The position numbers and the translations under genes are program-made. Below are positions 22,371-33,340 of a DNA stretch of 64,000 nt, one piece after another (within the stretch, counting starts at the first letter, position 1; every line of letters begins with the position of its first letter). The stretch is from an uncultured beta proteobacterium (lineage in GTDB: Bacteria; Pseudomonadota; Gammaproteobacteria; Burkholderiales; Casimicrobiaceae), in the NCBI GenBank assembly GCA_963751405.1, contig CAVVUJ010000034.1, positions 21,957 through 85,956 on the forward strand, given 5' to 3'. Below the pieces are notes generated by a model. It ran no database searches. It worked only from the letters and a program-made list of their open reading frames with translations, and was not told the DNA's origin.

Positions 22371-25118
22371 ATGTCCATCGCGCCCGATCTCGCCGTTGCT
22401 CTCGCCTACAGCCGATACGCCACCGCGGCGCTGGCCGCGCACCCGGACGAGCGGGAGGAGCTCGCCGCGACGCTCGGCGCACCGTTCGGGTGGGCTGACG
22501 CCGAAGCCGCGCTGAGCGCCGTCGCGCAGGCCGGCGAACCGCGCGCGCTGGCGGCGGCGCTGCGCCGGCTGCGCCGCCGGGTCTTCGTGCACACGCTGGC
22601 CCGCGACCTGACCGCACGCGCCGATCTGGCCGAGGTCTGCGCCAACATGTCGACGCTCGCCGAGGTCGCACTGCGCGCCGCCGTCACGCTGCACCACCGC
22701 GCGCTCGCGGCCGAGCACGGCGAGCCGCGTGATGAGAACGGCGCAGCGCAGGACCTCGTGGTGATCGGCATGGGCAAGCTCGGCGGGCGCGAGCTCAACG
22801 TGTCCTCCGACGTCGATCTCGTCTTCGTCTATCCCGAAGACGGCGATACGGATGGCGCGAGGCCGCTGTCGAACCGGGAATTCTTCGAGCGCCTCGGCCG
22901 GCGCGTCATCGGCGCGCTCCACGAGATCACGCCGGACGGCTACGTGTTCCGCGTCGACATGAGGCTGCGGCCCTACGGCGAGAGCGGGCCCCTCGCGGTG
23001 CCCTACTCGGCCCTCGAGCAGTACCTGATCACGCAGGGGCGCGCGTGGGAGCGCTATGCATGGCTGAAGGCGCGCGCGCTGACCGGCACGCGGCACGACG
23101 AGCTCTACGCGCTGGTCACGCCGTTCGTCTTTCGCAAGTACCTCGATTACGACGCCTACGAGGGTCTGCGCGACGTCCACCGCCAGATTGCGGAGCAGGG
23201 CAAGCGCCGCGACTACGCGCCGAACATCAAGCTCGGGCCGGGGGGCATTCGCGAGATCGAGTTCATCGCGCAGGCGCTGCAGATCGTCCGCGGCGGGCGC
23301 GAGCCCGAGCTGCGCGCCCGCGGCACGTTGCCTGCGCTCGCCGCCATCGCCGCTCGCGGCTTGATGCCGGCGGCGGCCGTCGCCGCCCTGCGCGATGCCT
23401 ACGTCTTCCTGCGCAATGTCGAGCACCGGCTGCAGTATCGCGACGACCGGCAGACGCAGACGCTGCCTGCGGAGGCCGCGGAGTGCGATGCGCTCGCGCG
23501 CGCGATGGATTGCGCGGACGGCGCCGCCTTCGATCGAGTGCTCGGCGCGCACCGGGCAGCGGTCGCCGCGCAATTCGCGGGACTCTTCGGCGCGGTCGGG
23601 TCCCGCGATCCCGCGGACACGACGGCATCCTCGCCCGCGACCGGGCGAGACCCGGCGCTGCCGGCGCTCGCCGCGCTCTGGGCCGACGATGTCTCCCCGG
23701 ACACTGCGCGCCAGACGCTGGCAGCGGCGGGATTCGCGGACCCGGAAGGACTCCTCGCCAATCTCACGCGCGTTCGCGCCAGCGCGCGATACGTCCAGCT
23801 GCCGGCGCTGTCGCGGCAGCGGGTCGACGCGCTGGTGCCGCAGCTGCTCGCCACCGCCGTGGCGATGTCCGCCGAAGGCGCGGACGCGCAGGCGGTGTTC
23901 CACCGCCTGTTCGAGCTGCTGGAAGCCATCAGCCGGCGCAGCGCCTATCTCGCGCTGCTGACCGAGCACCCGACGATGCTGCCGCGCCTCGCCCAGCTGA
24001 TGGGCGCATCGCAATGGGCCGCGGACTACCTGACGCGCCACCCGATCCTGCTCGACGAGCTGCTCGACCCGCGCGTCCTGCTCGCGGAGCCCGACTGGGA
24101 AGCATGGCGGCGTGAGCTCGCGCGCCTGCTCGCCATCCAGGCGGGCGACGTCGAGGAGCAGATGGACATCCTGCGCCAGTTCAAGCACGCCCAGTCGTTC
24201 CGCCTGCTCGCGCAGGACCTCGCCGGAACGCTGACGGTCGAGCGCCTCGCCGATCACCTGTCCGCGCTCGCCGACGTCATCCTCGCGGCAACCCTCGCCG
24301 AGGTGTGGGCGCAGATGCAGGGCGCGCGGGCCCCGCCGCCGAAGTTCGCGATCATCGGTTTCGGCAAGCTGGGCGGCAAGGAGCTGGGGTACGCGTCCGA
24401 CCTCGACCTCGTCTTCCTCTACGACGACGCCGACGATTCCGGGCAGGAGCGCTACCTGCGGCTCGCGCGGCGCCTCGTCACCTGGCTCACCAGCATGACG
24501 CCTGCCGGCTCGCTCTACGACATCGATCTCCGGCTGCGCCCCGATGGCGCCAAGGGCCTGATGTCGTCGTCGCTCGCCGGCTTCCGCCGCTACGAGCGCG
24601 AGCAGGCGTGGACGTGGGAGCATCAGGCGCTCACCCGCGCCCGGTTCGTCGCCGGCGACCTTGCGATCGGCGCCGCCTTCGAGCACGAGCGCAACGCGAT
24701 CCTGTGCCTGCCGCGCGAGTGCGAAAAGCTCGCGGTCGACGTGGTCGACATGCGGCGCAGGATGCTTTCCGGCCACCCGAACCCGACACCGTTGTTCGAC
24801 CTCAAGCACGACCCGGGCGGCATGGTCGACGTCGAGTTCGCGGTCCAGTACCTCGTCCTCGCACACGCGCACGACCACGCGGTGCTGACGCGCAACCTGG
24901 GCAACATCGCGCTGCTGCGGATCGCGGGCGAGCTCGGCCTCGTTCCCGTGCCGATGGCGGCCGCCGCGGCGAACGCCTATCGCGACTATCGTCGGCTGCA
25001 GCACCAGATCCGGCTGACCGGCGCCCCGCATGCGCGCGTCGATCCGGCGCTGCACGCCGACCGGCGCGCCGCCGTGGCCGCGTTGTGGACGCACGTTTTC
25101 GGCACGCCGTGGAGCTGA
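22371..25118 (+). CDS. glnE: Bifunctional glutamine synthetase adenylyltransferase/adenylyl-removing enzyme
   Basis: Residue 37 onward of ORF 22263-25118 (MSIAPDLAVALAYSRY...). It has two nucleotidyltransferase modules (VIGMGKLGGRELNVSSDVDLVFVY and IIGFGKLGGKELGYASDLDLVFLY). Confidence 0.93.
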   Translation: MSIAPDLAVALAYSRYATAALAAHPDEREELAATLGAPFGWADAEAALSAVAQAGEPRALAAALRRLRRRVFVHTLARDLTARADLAEVCANMSTLAEVALRAAVTLHHRALAAEHGEPRDENGAAQDLVVIGMGKLGGRELNVSSDVDLVFVYPEDGDTDGARPLSNREFFERLGRRVIGALHEITPDGYVFRVDMRLRPYGESGPLAVPYSALEQYLITQGRAWERYAWLKARALTGTRHDELYALVTPFVFRKYLDYDAYEGLRDVHRQIAEQGKRRDYAPNIKLGPGGIREIEFIAQALQIVRGGREPELRARGTLPALAAIAARGLMPAAAVAALRDAYVFLRNVEHRLQYRDDRQTQTLPAEAAECDALARAMDCADGAAFDRVLGAHRAAVAAQFAGLFGAVGSRDPADTTASSPATGRDPALPALAALWADDVSPDTARQTLAAAGFADPEGLLANLTRVRASARYVQLPALSRQRVDALVPQLLATAVAMSAEGADAQAVFHRLFELLEAISRRSAYLALLTEHPTMLPRLAQLMGASQWAADYLTRHPILLDELLDPRVLLAEPDWEAWRRELARLLAIQAGDVEEQMDILRQFKHAQSFRLLAQDLAGTLTVERLADHLSALADVILAATLAEVWAQMQGARAPPPKFAIIGFGKLGGKELGYASDLDLVFLYDDADDSGQERYLRLARRLVTWLTSMTPAGSLYDIDLRLRPDGAKGLMSSSLAGFRRYEREQAWTWEHQALTRARFVAGDLAIGAAFEHERNAILCLPRECEKLAVDVVDMRRRMLSGHPNPTPLFDLKHDPGGMVDVEFAVQYLVLAHAHDHAVLTRNLGNIALLRIAGELGLVPVPMAAAAANAYRDYRRLQHQIRLTGAPHARVDPALHADRRAAVAALWTHVFGTPWS

Positions 25119-25259
25119 CCCGGGCCTCTATGGGGGCGGCACTCGTTTGCGCTCCCCTCCCAATGGATTTTGCCCCGTTGAGATCGGGCGCCGACAAAGC
25201 GCCGAAGACCGGTCGGGAATCGGCTAAAATCGTGTTTTTTGGCGCAAGGGGATAGCACC

Positions 25260-26183
25260 ATGTCGATGGCCGACCGCGACGGATGGATCTGGTACGACGG
25301 CAAGATGGTGCCGTGGCGCGACGCCACGACGCACGTGCTCACGCACACGCTGCACTACGGCATGGGCGTGTTCGAAGGCGTGCGCGCCTACAAGACGCCG
25401 GAGGGGCCGGCCATCTTCCGCCTGCGCGACCACACCGACCGCCTTTTCCGCTCGGCGCAGATCTTCGGGATGAAGATTCCGCACTCGAAGGAGACGATCG
25501 ATGAGGCGCAACTCGCGTGCGTGCGCGAGAACAAGCTCGAATCCTGCTACCTCCGCCCGCTCGTGTTCTACGGCTCGGAGGCGATGGGCGTGGCGGCCAA
25601 GTCGAATCCGGTGCGCGTCGCGGTCGCCGTATGGCCGTGGGGCGCCTACCTGGGGGCCGAGGCGCTCGAGAAGGGCATCCGCGTCAGGACCTCCTCGTTC
25701 ACCCATCACCACCCGAACATCACGATGTGCAACGCCAAGGCCGTGTGCAACTACGCGGTGTCGATTCTCGCCAACCAGGAAGTCGCGCACGACGGCTACG
25801 AGGAGGCGATGCTGCTCGACCCGCAGGGATTCATCTGCCAGGGTTCGGGCGAGAACGTGTTCGTCGTGCGCGACGGCAAGCTGCACACGCCCGACCTGTC
25901 GGGTGGCGCGCTGGACGGCATCACGCGCCGCACGATCATCACGTTCGCCAACGAGCTCGGAATCCCGGTGGTCGAGCGGCGCATCACCCGCGACGAGATC
26001 TACATCGCCGACGAAGCCTTCTTCACCGGCACGGCGGCCGAGGTCACGCCGATCCGCGAATTCGACAACCGGACGATCGGAGCCGGCGGACGGGGGCCGA
26101 TCACGACCCGGCTGCAGACGCTGTTCTTCGACACCGTCAACGGCCGCAACCCCGCGAAGAAGGCGTGGCTCACGAAGGTGTGA
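25260..26183 (+). CDS. ilvE: Branched-chain-amino-acid aminotransferase
   Basis: MSMADRDGWIWYDGKMVPWRDATTHVLTHTLHYGMGVFEGVRAY...GAYLG...NAKAVCNYAVSILANQEA-type motifs...GITRRTII...FFTGTAAEVTPI. This is fold-type IV PLP enzyme class IlvE. Confidence 0.93.
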   Translation: MSMADRDGWIWYDGKMVPWRDATTHVLTHTLHYGMGVFEGVRAYKTPEGPAIFRLRDHTDRLFRSAQIFGMKIPHSKETIDEAQLACVRENKLESCYLRPLVFYGSEAMGVAAKSNPVRVAVAVWPWGAYLGAEALEKGIRVRTSSFTHHHPNITMCNAKAVCNYAVSILANQEVAHDGYEEAMLLDPQGFICQGSGENVFVVRDGKLHTPDLSGGALDGITRRTIITFANELGIPVVERRITRDEIYIADEAFFTGTAAEVTPIREFDNRTIGAGGRGPITTRLQTLFFDTVNGRNPAKKAWLTKV

Positions 26184-26185
26184 CG

Positions 26186-26384
26186 ATGGCCGAGACCCGC
26201 GAACAGGGCGCCATCGAGGTGGAGGCCAAGGATCTCCCGGTCTTCTGCCCCAATCCGCAGATGCCGCTCTGGTCCAGCCATCCGCGCGTGTTCCTCGACA
26301 TCGCCGAACTCGGCGAAGCGCGCTGCCCGTATTGCGGCACGCGCTACCGGCTCGCGGGCGGACCGCGCAGTGGGCGGGCACTAG
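26186..26384 (+). pseudogene. Small zinc-finger (zf-CHCC type) protein; 3' frameshift as assembled
   Basis: MAETREQGAIEVEAKDLPVFCPNPQMPLWSSHPRVFLDIAELGEARCPYCGTRYRL..., within the frame of tracked ORF 25517-27421. A 1-nt shift near 26340-26369 restores ...VGGH-TAG (26382-26384), which abuts the waaF ATG. The ilvE-zf-waaF order is typical for Burkholderiales. Confidence 0.65.
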
Positions 26385-27482
26385 ATGAACGGCTCCACGC
26401 TCACCTGCGCGCCGGGCTCGTTGACGCCAACCGATCGCGTTCTCGTCGTCGCGCCTTCGTGGGTCGGCGACGCCATCCTTTCCGAGCCGCTGGTGGCGCG
26501 CCTCAGGGCGACGCGGGGAGACGCGTCCATCGACGTGCTGGCGCCCGCGTGGTGCGCTCCCGTCTACGCGCGGATGCAGGGCGTCGGCCGCATCTTCGAC
26601 TCCGCGCTCCGCCATGGACGGGTGGATTGGGCGCAGCGCAGGGCCCTGGCCAGCACCTTGTCCGCGCAGCGCTACACGCAGGCGGTCATCCTGCCCAACT
26701 CGTGGAAATCGGCGCTCGTGCCGTGGCTCGCACGCATCCCGCTGCGCACCGGCTACACCGGCGAGATGCGCTGGGGAATCGTCAACGATCGGCGACGACT
26801 GGATCGCCGCGCGCTGCCGCGCCTGGTCGAGCGCTACGCGGCGCTGGCCGCGGACGCAGGCGTAGCGCCGGTGGCCGCAACCGCGCCGGTCCTGGTTCCG
26901 GATCGGGCGAACCTCGATGCGGCCGTCCGCGCGCTGGATCTGCGCGTCGACGGCGGCATCGCGATCCTCTGCCCCGGCGCCGAGTTCGGCCCGGCGAAGC
27001 GCTGGCCGCCGGAGCATTTCGCCGACCTGGCGCGCAAGTTCCTTGCCGACGGCCTCGCAGTCTGGCTGCTGGGTTCCCCGAACGACAAGCCCGCAACCGA
27101 GGCGGTGCTCTCCGCCGCCGGCACGGACTGCGGAGCCATCCGCGACCTCTCCGGCCGCACGGACCTCGGCACCGCGATCGATCTCCTGTCGCTGGCCTCG
27201 ATCGTCGTCAGCAACGATTCCGGACTGATGCACGCCGCGGCGGCGGTCGGCGCTCCGCTCGTCGCGCTGTTCGGATCGTCGTCGCCCGCCTACACGCCGC
27301 CGATGTCCGCCACGGCCAGGATCGCGCGCATCGACATCGCCTGCAGTCCGTGCTTCAAGCGCGAATGCCCGCTCGGACACTTCAAGTGCATGAAAGATCT
27401 CGCGCCGCCCGCGGTGTATGATCTTGCGCGCGCGGCGCTGCGTCCGCGCGATCCGGTTGCGGAAGCGCCACCGGCGCCTTGA
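26385..27482 (+). CDS. waaF: ADP-heptose--LPS heptosyltransferase II
   Basis: 365-aa ORF with VLVVAPSWVGDAILSEPL, LPNSWKSALVPWLARIP, RTGYTGEMRWG, CPGAEFGPAKRWP, VSNDSGLMHAAAAVG, CSPCFKRECPLGHFKCM. This is glycosyltransferase family 9 RfaF/WaaF. Confidence 0.9.
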   Translation: MNGSTLTCAPGSLTPTDRVLVVAPSWVGDAILSEPLVARLRATRGDASIDVLAPAWCAPVYARMQGVGRIFDSALRHGRVDWAQRRALASTLSAQRYTQAVILPNSWKSALVPWLARIPLRTGYTGEMRWGIVNDRRRLDRRALPRLVERYAALAADAGVAPVAATAPVLVPDRANLDAAVRALDLRVDGGIAILCPGAEFGPAKRWPPEHFADLARKFLADGLAVWLLGSPNDKPATEAVLSAAGTDCGAIRDLSGRTDLGTAIDLLSLASIVVSNDSGLMHAAAAVGAPLVALFGSSSPAYTPPMSATARIARIDIACSPCFKRECPLGHFKCMKDLAPPAVYDLARAALRPRDPVAEAPPAP

Positions 27483-27937
27483 AAACCCACTCCCGTCCCG
27501 TCATGGCCAAGGTCCGCACGCCACCGATCTACACGACACCCACGGACGCCGCGCTGGCGTTCTACCAGGCGTTCGAGGCGAAGGACGTCGACGCGATGAT
27601 GACCACCTGGGCCGAGGACGAGGAGATCGTCTGCGTCCATCCCGGCGGCACGCGTCTCGTCGGCTACGACGCCGTGCGCGTCGGCTGGGAGCAGCTGTTC
27701 GCGGGCGACGCCCGCCTCACCTTCCGCCTCGATCAGATCGTGATGATCGAAACGGTCGGGCTCGCGATGCAGAGCGCGGTCGAGCACGTGTCCCTCGGCA
27801 GCGACGGCACGCCGCGCGGCGCGGCGATCTGCACCAACGTCTTCCTGCGCACGCCTTCGGGCTGGCGGATGGTGATGCATCACGCCTCCCCCGCCCCCGT
27901 GTCGGCCTCGACGGAGCCGAAGGGGCCGTTGCACTAG
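27479..27937 (+). CDS. Nuclear transport factor 2 / SnoaL-like (DUF4440) family protein
   Basis: 152-aa ORF with AALAFYQAFEAKDVDAMMTTWAEDEEIVCVHPGG...GWRMVMHHASP. This is the SnoaL/NTF2 fold pattern. The start could also be the internal Met at 27503. Confidence 0.6.
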   Translation: MKTHSRPVMAKVRTPPIYTTPTDAALAFYQAFEAKDVDAMMTTWAEDEEIVCVHPGGTRLVGYDAVRVGWEQLFAGDARLTFRLDQIVMIETVGLAMQSAVEHVSLGSDGTPRGAAICTNVFLRTPSGWRMVMHHASPAPVSASTEPKGPLH

Positions 27938-27946
27938 CCTTCGCCT

Positions 27947-29410
27947 CTACGCCGTCCCGCCCACCGTCAGCCCGTCGATCTTGAGCGTCGGCTGCCCGAC
28001 GCCCACCGGCACGCTCTGCCCTTCCTTGCCGCAGGTGCCGATGCCGCTGTCCATTTCCATGTCGTTGCCCACCATCGACACGCGCGTCAGGGCATCGGGT
28101 CCGTTGCCGATCAGCGTCGCGCCCTTGACCGGGTAGGCGAGCTTGCCGTTCTCGATCTTCCAGGCTTCCGCCGCCGAGAACACGAACTTGCCGCTGGTGA
28201 TGTCGACCTGCCCGCCGCCGAAATTGGCCGCGTAGAGACCGTCGGCCACCGACGCGATGATCTCGGCCGGATCGTGGCCGCCGGCCAGCATGATCGTGTT
28301 GGTCATCCGCGGCATCGGCAGGTGCGCGAACGACTCGCGGCGGCCGTTGCCGGTCGGCGCGACCCCCATCAGGCTGGCGTTCAGCCGGTCCTGCATGTAG
28401 CCCTTGAGGATGCCGTCGTCGATGAGCACGGTGCGCCGCGTCGGATTGCCCTCGTCGTCGACGTTGAGCGAGCCGCGCCGCCGGTCGATCGTGCCGTCGT
28501 CGACGACGGTGATGCCCTTGGCCGCGACGCGCTGGCCGACGCGGCCGGAGAACGCGCTCGTCCCCTTGCGGTTGAAATCGCCTTCGAGGCCATGGCCGAT
28601 CGCCTCGTGCAGCAGGATGCCGGGCCAGCCGTGCCCCAGCACCACCGTCATCGTGCCGGCCGGCGCGGGGCGCGCGTCCAGATTGAGCAGCGCCTGGCCG
28701 ACCGCCTGCGCCGCATAGGACTCGAGCATCGCGTCGGTGAAATAGCCGTAGTCGAAGCGGCCGCCGCCGCCCGCGTAACCCTGCTCCCGCCGTCCGCCGT
28801 CCTCCACGATCACCGTCAGCGACACCCGCACGAGCGGGCGCACGTCGGCCGCGATGACGCCGTCGCTCCGCGCAATGAGCACGGCTTCGTATTCGCCCGC
28901 GATCGAGGCCATCACCTGCGCCACGCGCGGGTCGCGCGCCCGCGCCATGCGCTCCAGCCGCTCCAGCAGCGCGACCTTGGCTTCCTCCGGCAGCGAAGCG
29001 ACGGGGTCCTCAGGCGCATAGAGCGAGTGCGCGGCCCCGACACGGCCGAGCGCCGCGACGGCCGATTGGCCCTGGCGCCCGATCGCGCGCGCGGCAACCG
29101 CCGCCTCGTTCAACGCGACGAGCGATATGTCGTCGGAGTACGCGAAAGCCTGTTTCTCGCCGTGCACGGCACGGATGCCCACACCGCGATCGATGGAAAA
29201 CGACCCCGCCTTGACGATGCCTTCCTCGAGGCTCCAGCTTTCCATCCGCGAATACTGGAAATAGAGGTCGGCGAAATCGACTTCGTGCGTGTGGATCGAC
29301 GCGAGCACGGCGGACAACGCGACGTCGTCGAGCCCCGCCGGTTCCAGCAGCAGGCGGCGCGCCTCGGCAAGCAATCCGCTGCTGACGGGAGGTACGGAGA
29401 GATCGGTCAA
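27947..29410 (-). CDS. tldD: Metalloprotease TldD
   Basis: Tracked ORF is 27947-29512. The probable start is TTG 29410, preceded by GGAAGGAA. It has [42 protein letters not shown] and the [12 protein letters not shown] zinc site. Confidence 0.9.
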   Translation of the reverse strand: MTDLSVPPVSSGLLAEARRLLLEPAGLDDVALSAVLASIHTHEVDFADLYFQYSRMESWSLEEGIVKAGSFSIDRGVGIRAVHGEKQAFAYSDDISLVALNEAAVAARAIGRQGQSAVAALGRVGAAHSLYAPEDPVASLPEEAKVALLERLERMARARDPRVAQVMASIAGEYEAVLIARSDGVIAADVRPLVRVSLTVIVEDGGRREQGYAGGGGRFDYGYFTDAMLESYAAQAVGQALLNLDARPAPAGTMTVVLGHGWPGILLHEAIGHGLEGDFNRKGTSAFSGRVGQRVAAKGITVVDDGTIDRRRGSLNVDDEGNPTRRTVLIDDGILKGYMQDRLNASLMGVAPTGNGRRESFAHLPMPRMTNTIMLAGGHDPAEIIASVADGLYAANFGGGQVDITSGKFVFSAAEAWKIENGKLAYPVKGATLIGNGPDALTRVSMVGNDMEMDSGIGTCGKEGQSVPVGVGQPTLKIDGLTVGGTA

Positions 29411-29584
29411 GGGGTTCCTTCCAATGGGAATTCGCCTGCGACAAGCGGTCGGCCGGAATGGCCGGGGTCGTGGGCACGGTGCCGGCCCTGCAAGACGCGG
29501 CGCTGCCGCCATTGTCGACGGATCTGCCCTGTCGCGGCAAGCGCAATTGCCCCTGAGCTATGCAGGGACTTGCCCGGAATGCGC

Positions 29585-30334
29585 CTACGCCGGCGCGGCG
29601 GCCTTCTTGCCCAGATAGGTCGCGGCCACGCGGGGATTCGCGGCCAGGTCGGCACTCGGTCCTTCGAGCGCGAGGTCGCCCGTCTCCAGCACGTAGCCGT
29701 AATCCGACACCTGCAGCGCCGCCCGCGCATTCTGCTCGACCAGCAGGATCGACACCCCGGTCGAGCGCAGGCCCGCGACGATGCTGAAGATCTCGCGCAC
29801 CATGAGGGGCGCGAGGCCGAGCGACGGCTCGTCCAGCATCAGGAGCTTGGGTTTTCCCATCAATGCACGGCCCATGGCGAGCATCTGCCGCTCGCCGCCG
29901 GACAGCGTGCCAGCCAGCTGATCGCGGCGTTCCTTGAGCCGCGGAAAGCGCTGGTACACCTCATCCAGCGTATTGCGCCAGCCGCGCTCGCCGCTGCGCG
30001 CACGCTGGAACCCACCGAGCTCGAGGTTGTCGGCGACACTCATCGCCGCGAACAGCTCGCGCCGCTCGGGAACGAGGATGAGTCCGCGCGCCACGCGCTG
30101 CTCGACGGTCAGCGCGTTGGCGCGCGCGCCGAGATACGTAAGGTCCCCCGTCGCCGGCAGCAGCCCCATCAGCGCCGCCAGCAGCGTCGTCTTGCCGGCG
30201 CCGTTCGGCCCGATGACCGACACGATCGTCCCGCGCCCGACCTTGAGCGAGATGTCGCGTACCGCCTCGACCTTGCCGTAGGCGACGTGCAGCCTGCTTG
30301 CCTCGAGCAGGGTATCGCTCGCGCCTGCCGCCAT
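29585..30334 (-). CDS. livF: Branched-chain amino acid ABC transporter ATP-binding protein (LivF type)
   Basis: Last 249 codons of tracked ORF 29585-31177 ([21 protein letters not shown]...). It has Walker [10 protein letters not shown], signature LSGGERQML and Walker [14 protein letters not shown]. The start overlaps the upstream stop. Confidence 0.88.
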   Translation of the reverse strand: MAAGASDTLLEASRLHVAYGKVEAVRDISLKVGRGTIVSVIGPNGAGKTTLLAALMGLLPATGDLTYLGARANALTVEQRVARGLILVPERRELFAAMSVADNLELGGFQRARSGERGWRNTLDEVYQRFPRLKERRDQLAGTLSGGERQMLAMGRALMGKPKLLMLDEPSLGLAPLMVREIFSIVAGLRSTGVSILLVEQNARAALQVSDYGYVLETGDLALEGPSADLAANPRVAATYLGKKAAAPA

Positions 30335-32223
30335 CACGCCACCCCGCCGAGGTAGGCTTCGAGCACCGCCGGATTCCGCTGAATTTCGATCGGCAGCCCC
30401 TCCGCGAGCTTCTGGCCGAATTCCATGACGACCAGCCGATCGGTCAGGCCCATGACGAACTCCATGTCGTGCTCGACCAGGAGCACCGTCATGCCCTCGC
30501 CTTTCAATTGCCGCAGCAGCGCCGCGAGCTCCTGCTTTTCGAGATAGCGCAGCCCCGCAGCCGGCTCGTCCAGCAGGAGCAACGCCGGGTCGGCCGCGAG
30601 CACGCGGGCGATCTCGACGATGCGCTGCTTGCCGAGCGGCAGGCTGCCGGCCGCGTCGTGGAGGTGCGGCAACAGACCCACGCGCTTGATCGCGCGCGCG
30701 GCTTCCGCGCGGGTGCGCGCCTCCTCCGCCCGATCGAGCTTCAGGGCGGCGGCGAACACGCCGGCGCTGCCGCGCAGGTAAGCGCCCAGCGCGACGTTGT
30801 CGAGCACGCTCATGCGGGGCACCAGCTTCACGTGCTGGAACGTGCGGCCGATGCCGCGGCGCGCGATCTCGTACGGCAGACAACCGACGATCGATTCGCC
30901 GCGAAAGACCACGTCGCCGGTGGTGAGCGCGAGCGCACCCGAAATCAGGTTGAACATCGTGCTCTTGCCGGCGCCATTCGGTCCGATGAGCCCGAGAATC
31001 TCTCCCGGCTGGATCGCAAACGAGAGATCGTTGACGGCGACGAGGCCGCCGAACTGCTTGCGCGCCGCCCGGACTTCGAGCAACGGCCCCGTCGACGCCT
31101 GCTTCGCGCGCGACGGCAGCGGTTCCGCCTCGGGCACCGGCGGCGGCGGCGTTTGCGGCAGCAGGTGCGCGATCCACGGCCAGACGCCTTCACGCGCACG
31201 CTGCAGCAGGATGACCATCAGTATGCCGAACACGACGATCTCGAAGTTGCCGCTCTTGCCGAGCAACGCGGGCAGCAGGTCCTGCAGCAGCTGCTTCGCC
31301 AGCGTGATCAGCGTTGCGCCGACCACGGCGCCCCACACGCTGCCGGCGCCGCCCACGACGGCCATGAACAGGTACTCGATGCCCTGATTGATGCCGAACG
31401 GCGTCGGGTTCACGAAGCGCTGCAGGTGCGCGTAGAGCCAGCCCGAGATCGCGGCCAGCAGCGCCGCGTAGACGAATACGACGATCTTGAGGCGCGCGCC
31501 GTTGACGCCGAAGGCCTCCGCCATGTCCAGCTGGCCGCGCAGCGCGCGGACCGCGCGGCCCGGGCGCGAGTCGAGCAGGTTGTTCGTCGCCCAGAGCGCC
31601 ACCAGCGCGATGCCCCAGATGAGGAAATAGAAGTAGCGCTCGTTGCGCAGCTCGATCCCGAACAGATTGAGCGCGGGAATGCCGGAAAGCCCCGTGTGCC
31701 CGCCGAGGAACTCGAGATTGCCGAACAGAAAATAGAGGCTGATGCCCCAGGCGATGGTCGCGAGCGGGAGATAGTGTCCTTTCATCCGCAGCGTGATGAA
31801 GCCGAGGCACAGCGCCAGCGCCAGCGTGAGCACCAGCCCCACGCACAGGCTGAGCCAGGGCGAGATCGCGTATTGCGCCGAGAGGATTGCCGTCGTGTAC
31901 GCGCCGATGCCGACGAACGCCGCCTGCCCGAACGACGTCTGCCCGGCCACACCGGTGAGGAGGACGAGTCCGAGGGCCACGATGCTGTAGAGGCCGATGT
32001 AATTGCCGAGCGTCACCCAGAACTGTGGCGCCGCGAGGGGCACGCCGACCAGCGCGGCAACGAACAGGGCGACGCCGAGCCGGCCGAACGGCAACGTGCG
32101 CCGCAGGCTCACGTGGCCTCCGTACGCTCCTGCCATCGCCCTCCGCGCGTCTGCCACACGTCGGTTCGCCTCGGTCGATCGCGCGCGCCGGGCCTTGGCT
32201 CGCTGACGCTCGCCGTCGCTCAC
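30334..32223 (-). CDS. Fused branched-chain amino acid ABC transporter permease (LivM) / ATP-binding protein (LivG)
   Basis: This is the C-terminal ~600-630 codons of tracked ORF 30334-32928. The permease part is [31 protein letters not shown]...IPALNLFG.... A Pro-rich linker ([15 protein letters not shown]) follows. The ATPase part has [43 protein letters not shown] and [11 protein letters not shown]. The start is either GTG 32223, which overlaps the livH stop as GTGA, or ATG 32136. Confidence 0.85.
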   Translation of the reverse strand: MSDGERQRAKARRARSTEANRRVADARRAMAGAYGGHVSLRRTLPFGRLGVALFVAALVGVPLAAPQFWVTLGNYIGLYSIVALGLVLLTGVAGQTSFGQAAFVGIGAYTTAILSAQYAISPWLSLCVGLVLTLALALCLGFITLRMKGHYLPLATIAWGISLYFLFGNLEFLGGHTGLSGIPALNLFGIELRNERYFYFLIWGIALVALWATNNLLDSRPGRAVRALRGQLDMAEAFGVNGARLKIVVFVYAALLAAISGWLYAHLQRFVNPTPFGINQGIEYLFMAVVGGAGSVWGAVVGATLITLAKQLLQDLLPALLGKSGNFEIVVFGILMVILLQRAREGVWPWIAHLLPQTPPPPVPEAEPLPSRAKQASTGPLLEVRAARKQFGGLVAVNDLSFAIQPGEILGLIGPNGAGKSTMFNLISGALALTTGDVVFRGESIVGCLPYEIARRGIGRTFQHVKLVPRMSVLDNVALGAYLRGSAGVFAAALKLDRAEEARTRAEAARAIKRVGLLPHLHDAAGSLPLGKQRIVEIARVLAADPALLLLDEPAAGLRYLEKQELAALLRQLKGEGMTVLLVEHDMEFVMGLTDRLVVMEFGQKLAEGLPIEIQRNPAVLEAYLGGVA

Positions 32224-33257
32224 TCGTCCTCCTCGTGCTGGTGCGTGGTGAGGCTGCGCCACAGCAGCACGGGGATGATCAGCGTGAAGACGATCACCTC
32301 CTTGAAGCCGCTCGCCCAGTAGGACGAGAACGCCTCGAGCAGGCCGACGAGCAGCGCGCCGGCCGCGGCGAGCGGGTAGCTCACGAGGCCGCCGATGATC
32401 GCCCCGACGAAGCCCTTGAGACTCACCAGGAAGCCCGAATCGTAGTAGACGGTCGTGAAGGGGCCGATCAGCACGCCGGAGAACGCGCAGAGGAGCGCCG
32501 CCAGCGCAAAGGTGAGCGAGCCCGCCAGATTGGGAGCGATTCCGACGAGGCGCGCGCCCACGCGATTCAGCGCCGTCGCGCGGAGCGCCTTGCCGTACAG
32601 CGTGCGGCCGAAGAAGAAGTAAAGCGCCACGATCAGCGCGAGGCTCGTGAACACGACGAGCAGGCTTTGCACGCTGACCTTGACGCCCCCCAGATCGAAC
32701 GACTCGGTCGAGAAGGCAGGCGTGCGCGATCCTTCGGCGCCGAAGAACCACAGTCCGAGCCCCGTCAACGTGAAGTGCACCCCCACGGAGACGATCAGCA
32801 GCACGAGCACGCTCGCTTCGGCCAGCGGCTGGTAGGCGATCCGGTAGAGCAACGGCCCCAGCGCGGTGACCAGCGCCAGGGTCACGAGAATCTGCGCCCA
32901 GAAGGGAAGCTCGGGTGTGGCGAGCCACCAGGCGACACCGGCGATCGCTATCGGGATGCCCGACCAGAGTGCAAACTGCCGCGGTATCCGCCCGGGCTCC
33001 CCGCGCTGCACGCAGGCAAGGACTTCCATCGCGCCCGCCACCAGCGCCATGCCGACGAGCAGCCCGACGGTTCCCGGCGGCTTGCCGAGCTGAAGTCCGG
33101 CGAGCGTCAGCGTGCCGTAGGCGACGAACTCTCCGGACGGTATCCAGATCACCCGCGTGACGGCGAAAACCAGCACCAGCGCCAGCGCGAGCAGCGCGTA
33201 GACGGCACCGTTGGTGATGCCGTCCTGGGTCAGCAGCACGAAAATCGGGAAGTCCAT
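32220..33257 (-). CDS. livH: Branched-chain amino acid ABC transporter permease (LivH type)
   Basis: 345-aa multi-TM ORF with [44 protein letters not shown]...[19 protein letters not shown]. Confidence 0.88.
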   Translation of the reverse strand: MDFPIFVLLTQDGITNGAVYALLALALVLVFAVTRVIWIPSGEFVAYGTLTLAGLQLGKPPGTVGLLVGMALVAGAMEVLACVQRGEPGRIPRQFALWSGIPIAIAGVAWWLATPELPFWAQILVTLALVTALGPLLYRIAYQPLAEASVLVLLIVSVGVHFTLTGLGLWFFGAEGSRTPAFSTESFDLGGVKVSVQSLLVVFTSLALIVALYFFFGRTLYGKALRATALNRVGARLVGIAPNLAGSLTFALAALLCAFSGVLIGPFTTVYYDSGFLVSLKGFVGAIIGGLVSYPLAAAGALLVGLLEAFSSYWASGFKEVIVFTLIIPVLLWRSLTTHQHEEDE

Positions 33258-33289
33258 CGACGGAGTATGCCGGAACCGCGGCGATGCAA

Positions 33290-33322
33290 TAAAAAAACCG
33301 GCTGCGGGGGCGCCGCAGCCGG
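33290..33322 (-). terminator. Intrinsic terminator/attenuator between the binding-protein gene and livH
   Basis: The minus strand carries CCGGCUGCGG-cgccc-CCGCAGCCGG (10-bp GC stem, 33298-33322) followed by UUUUUUU (33291-33297). It lies 19 nt after the binding-protein stop. Confidence 0.8.
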
Positions 33323-33340
33323 TCTTGGATCAGCGCTGGA

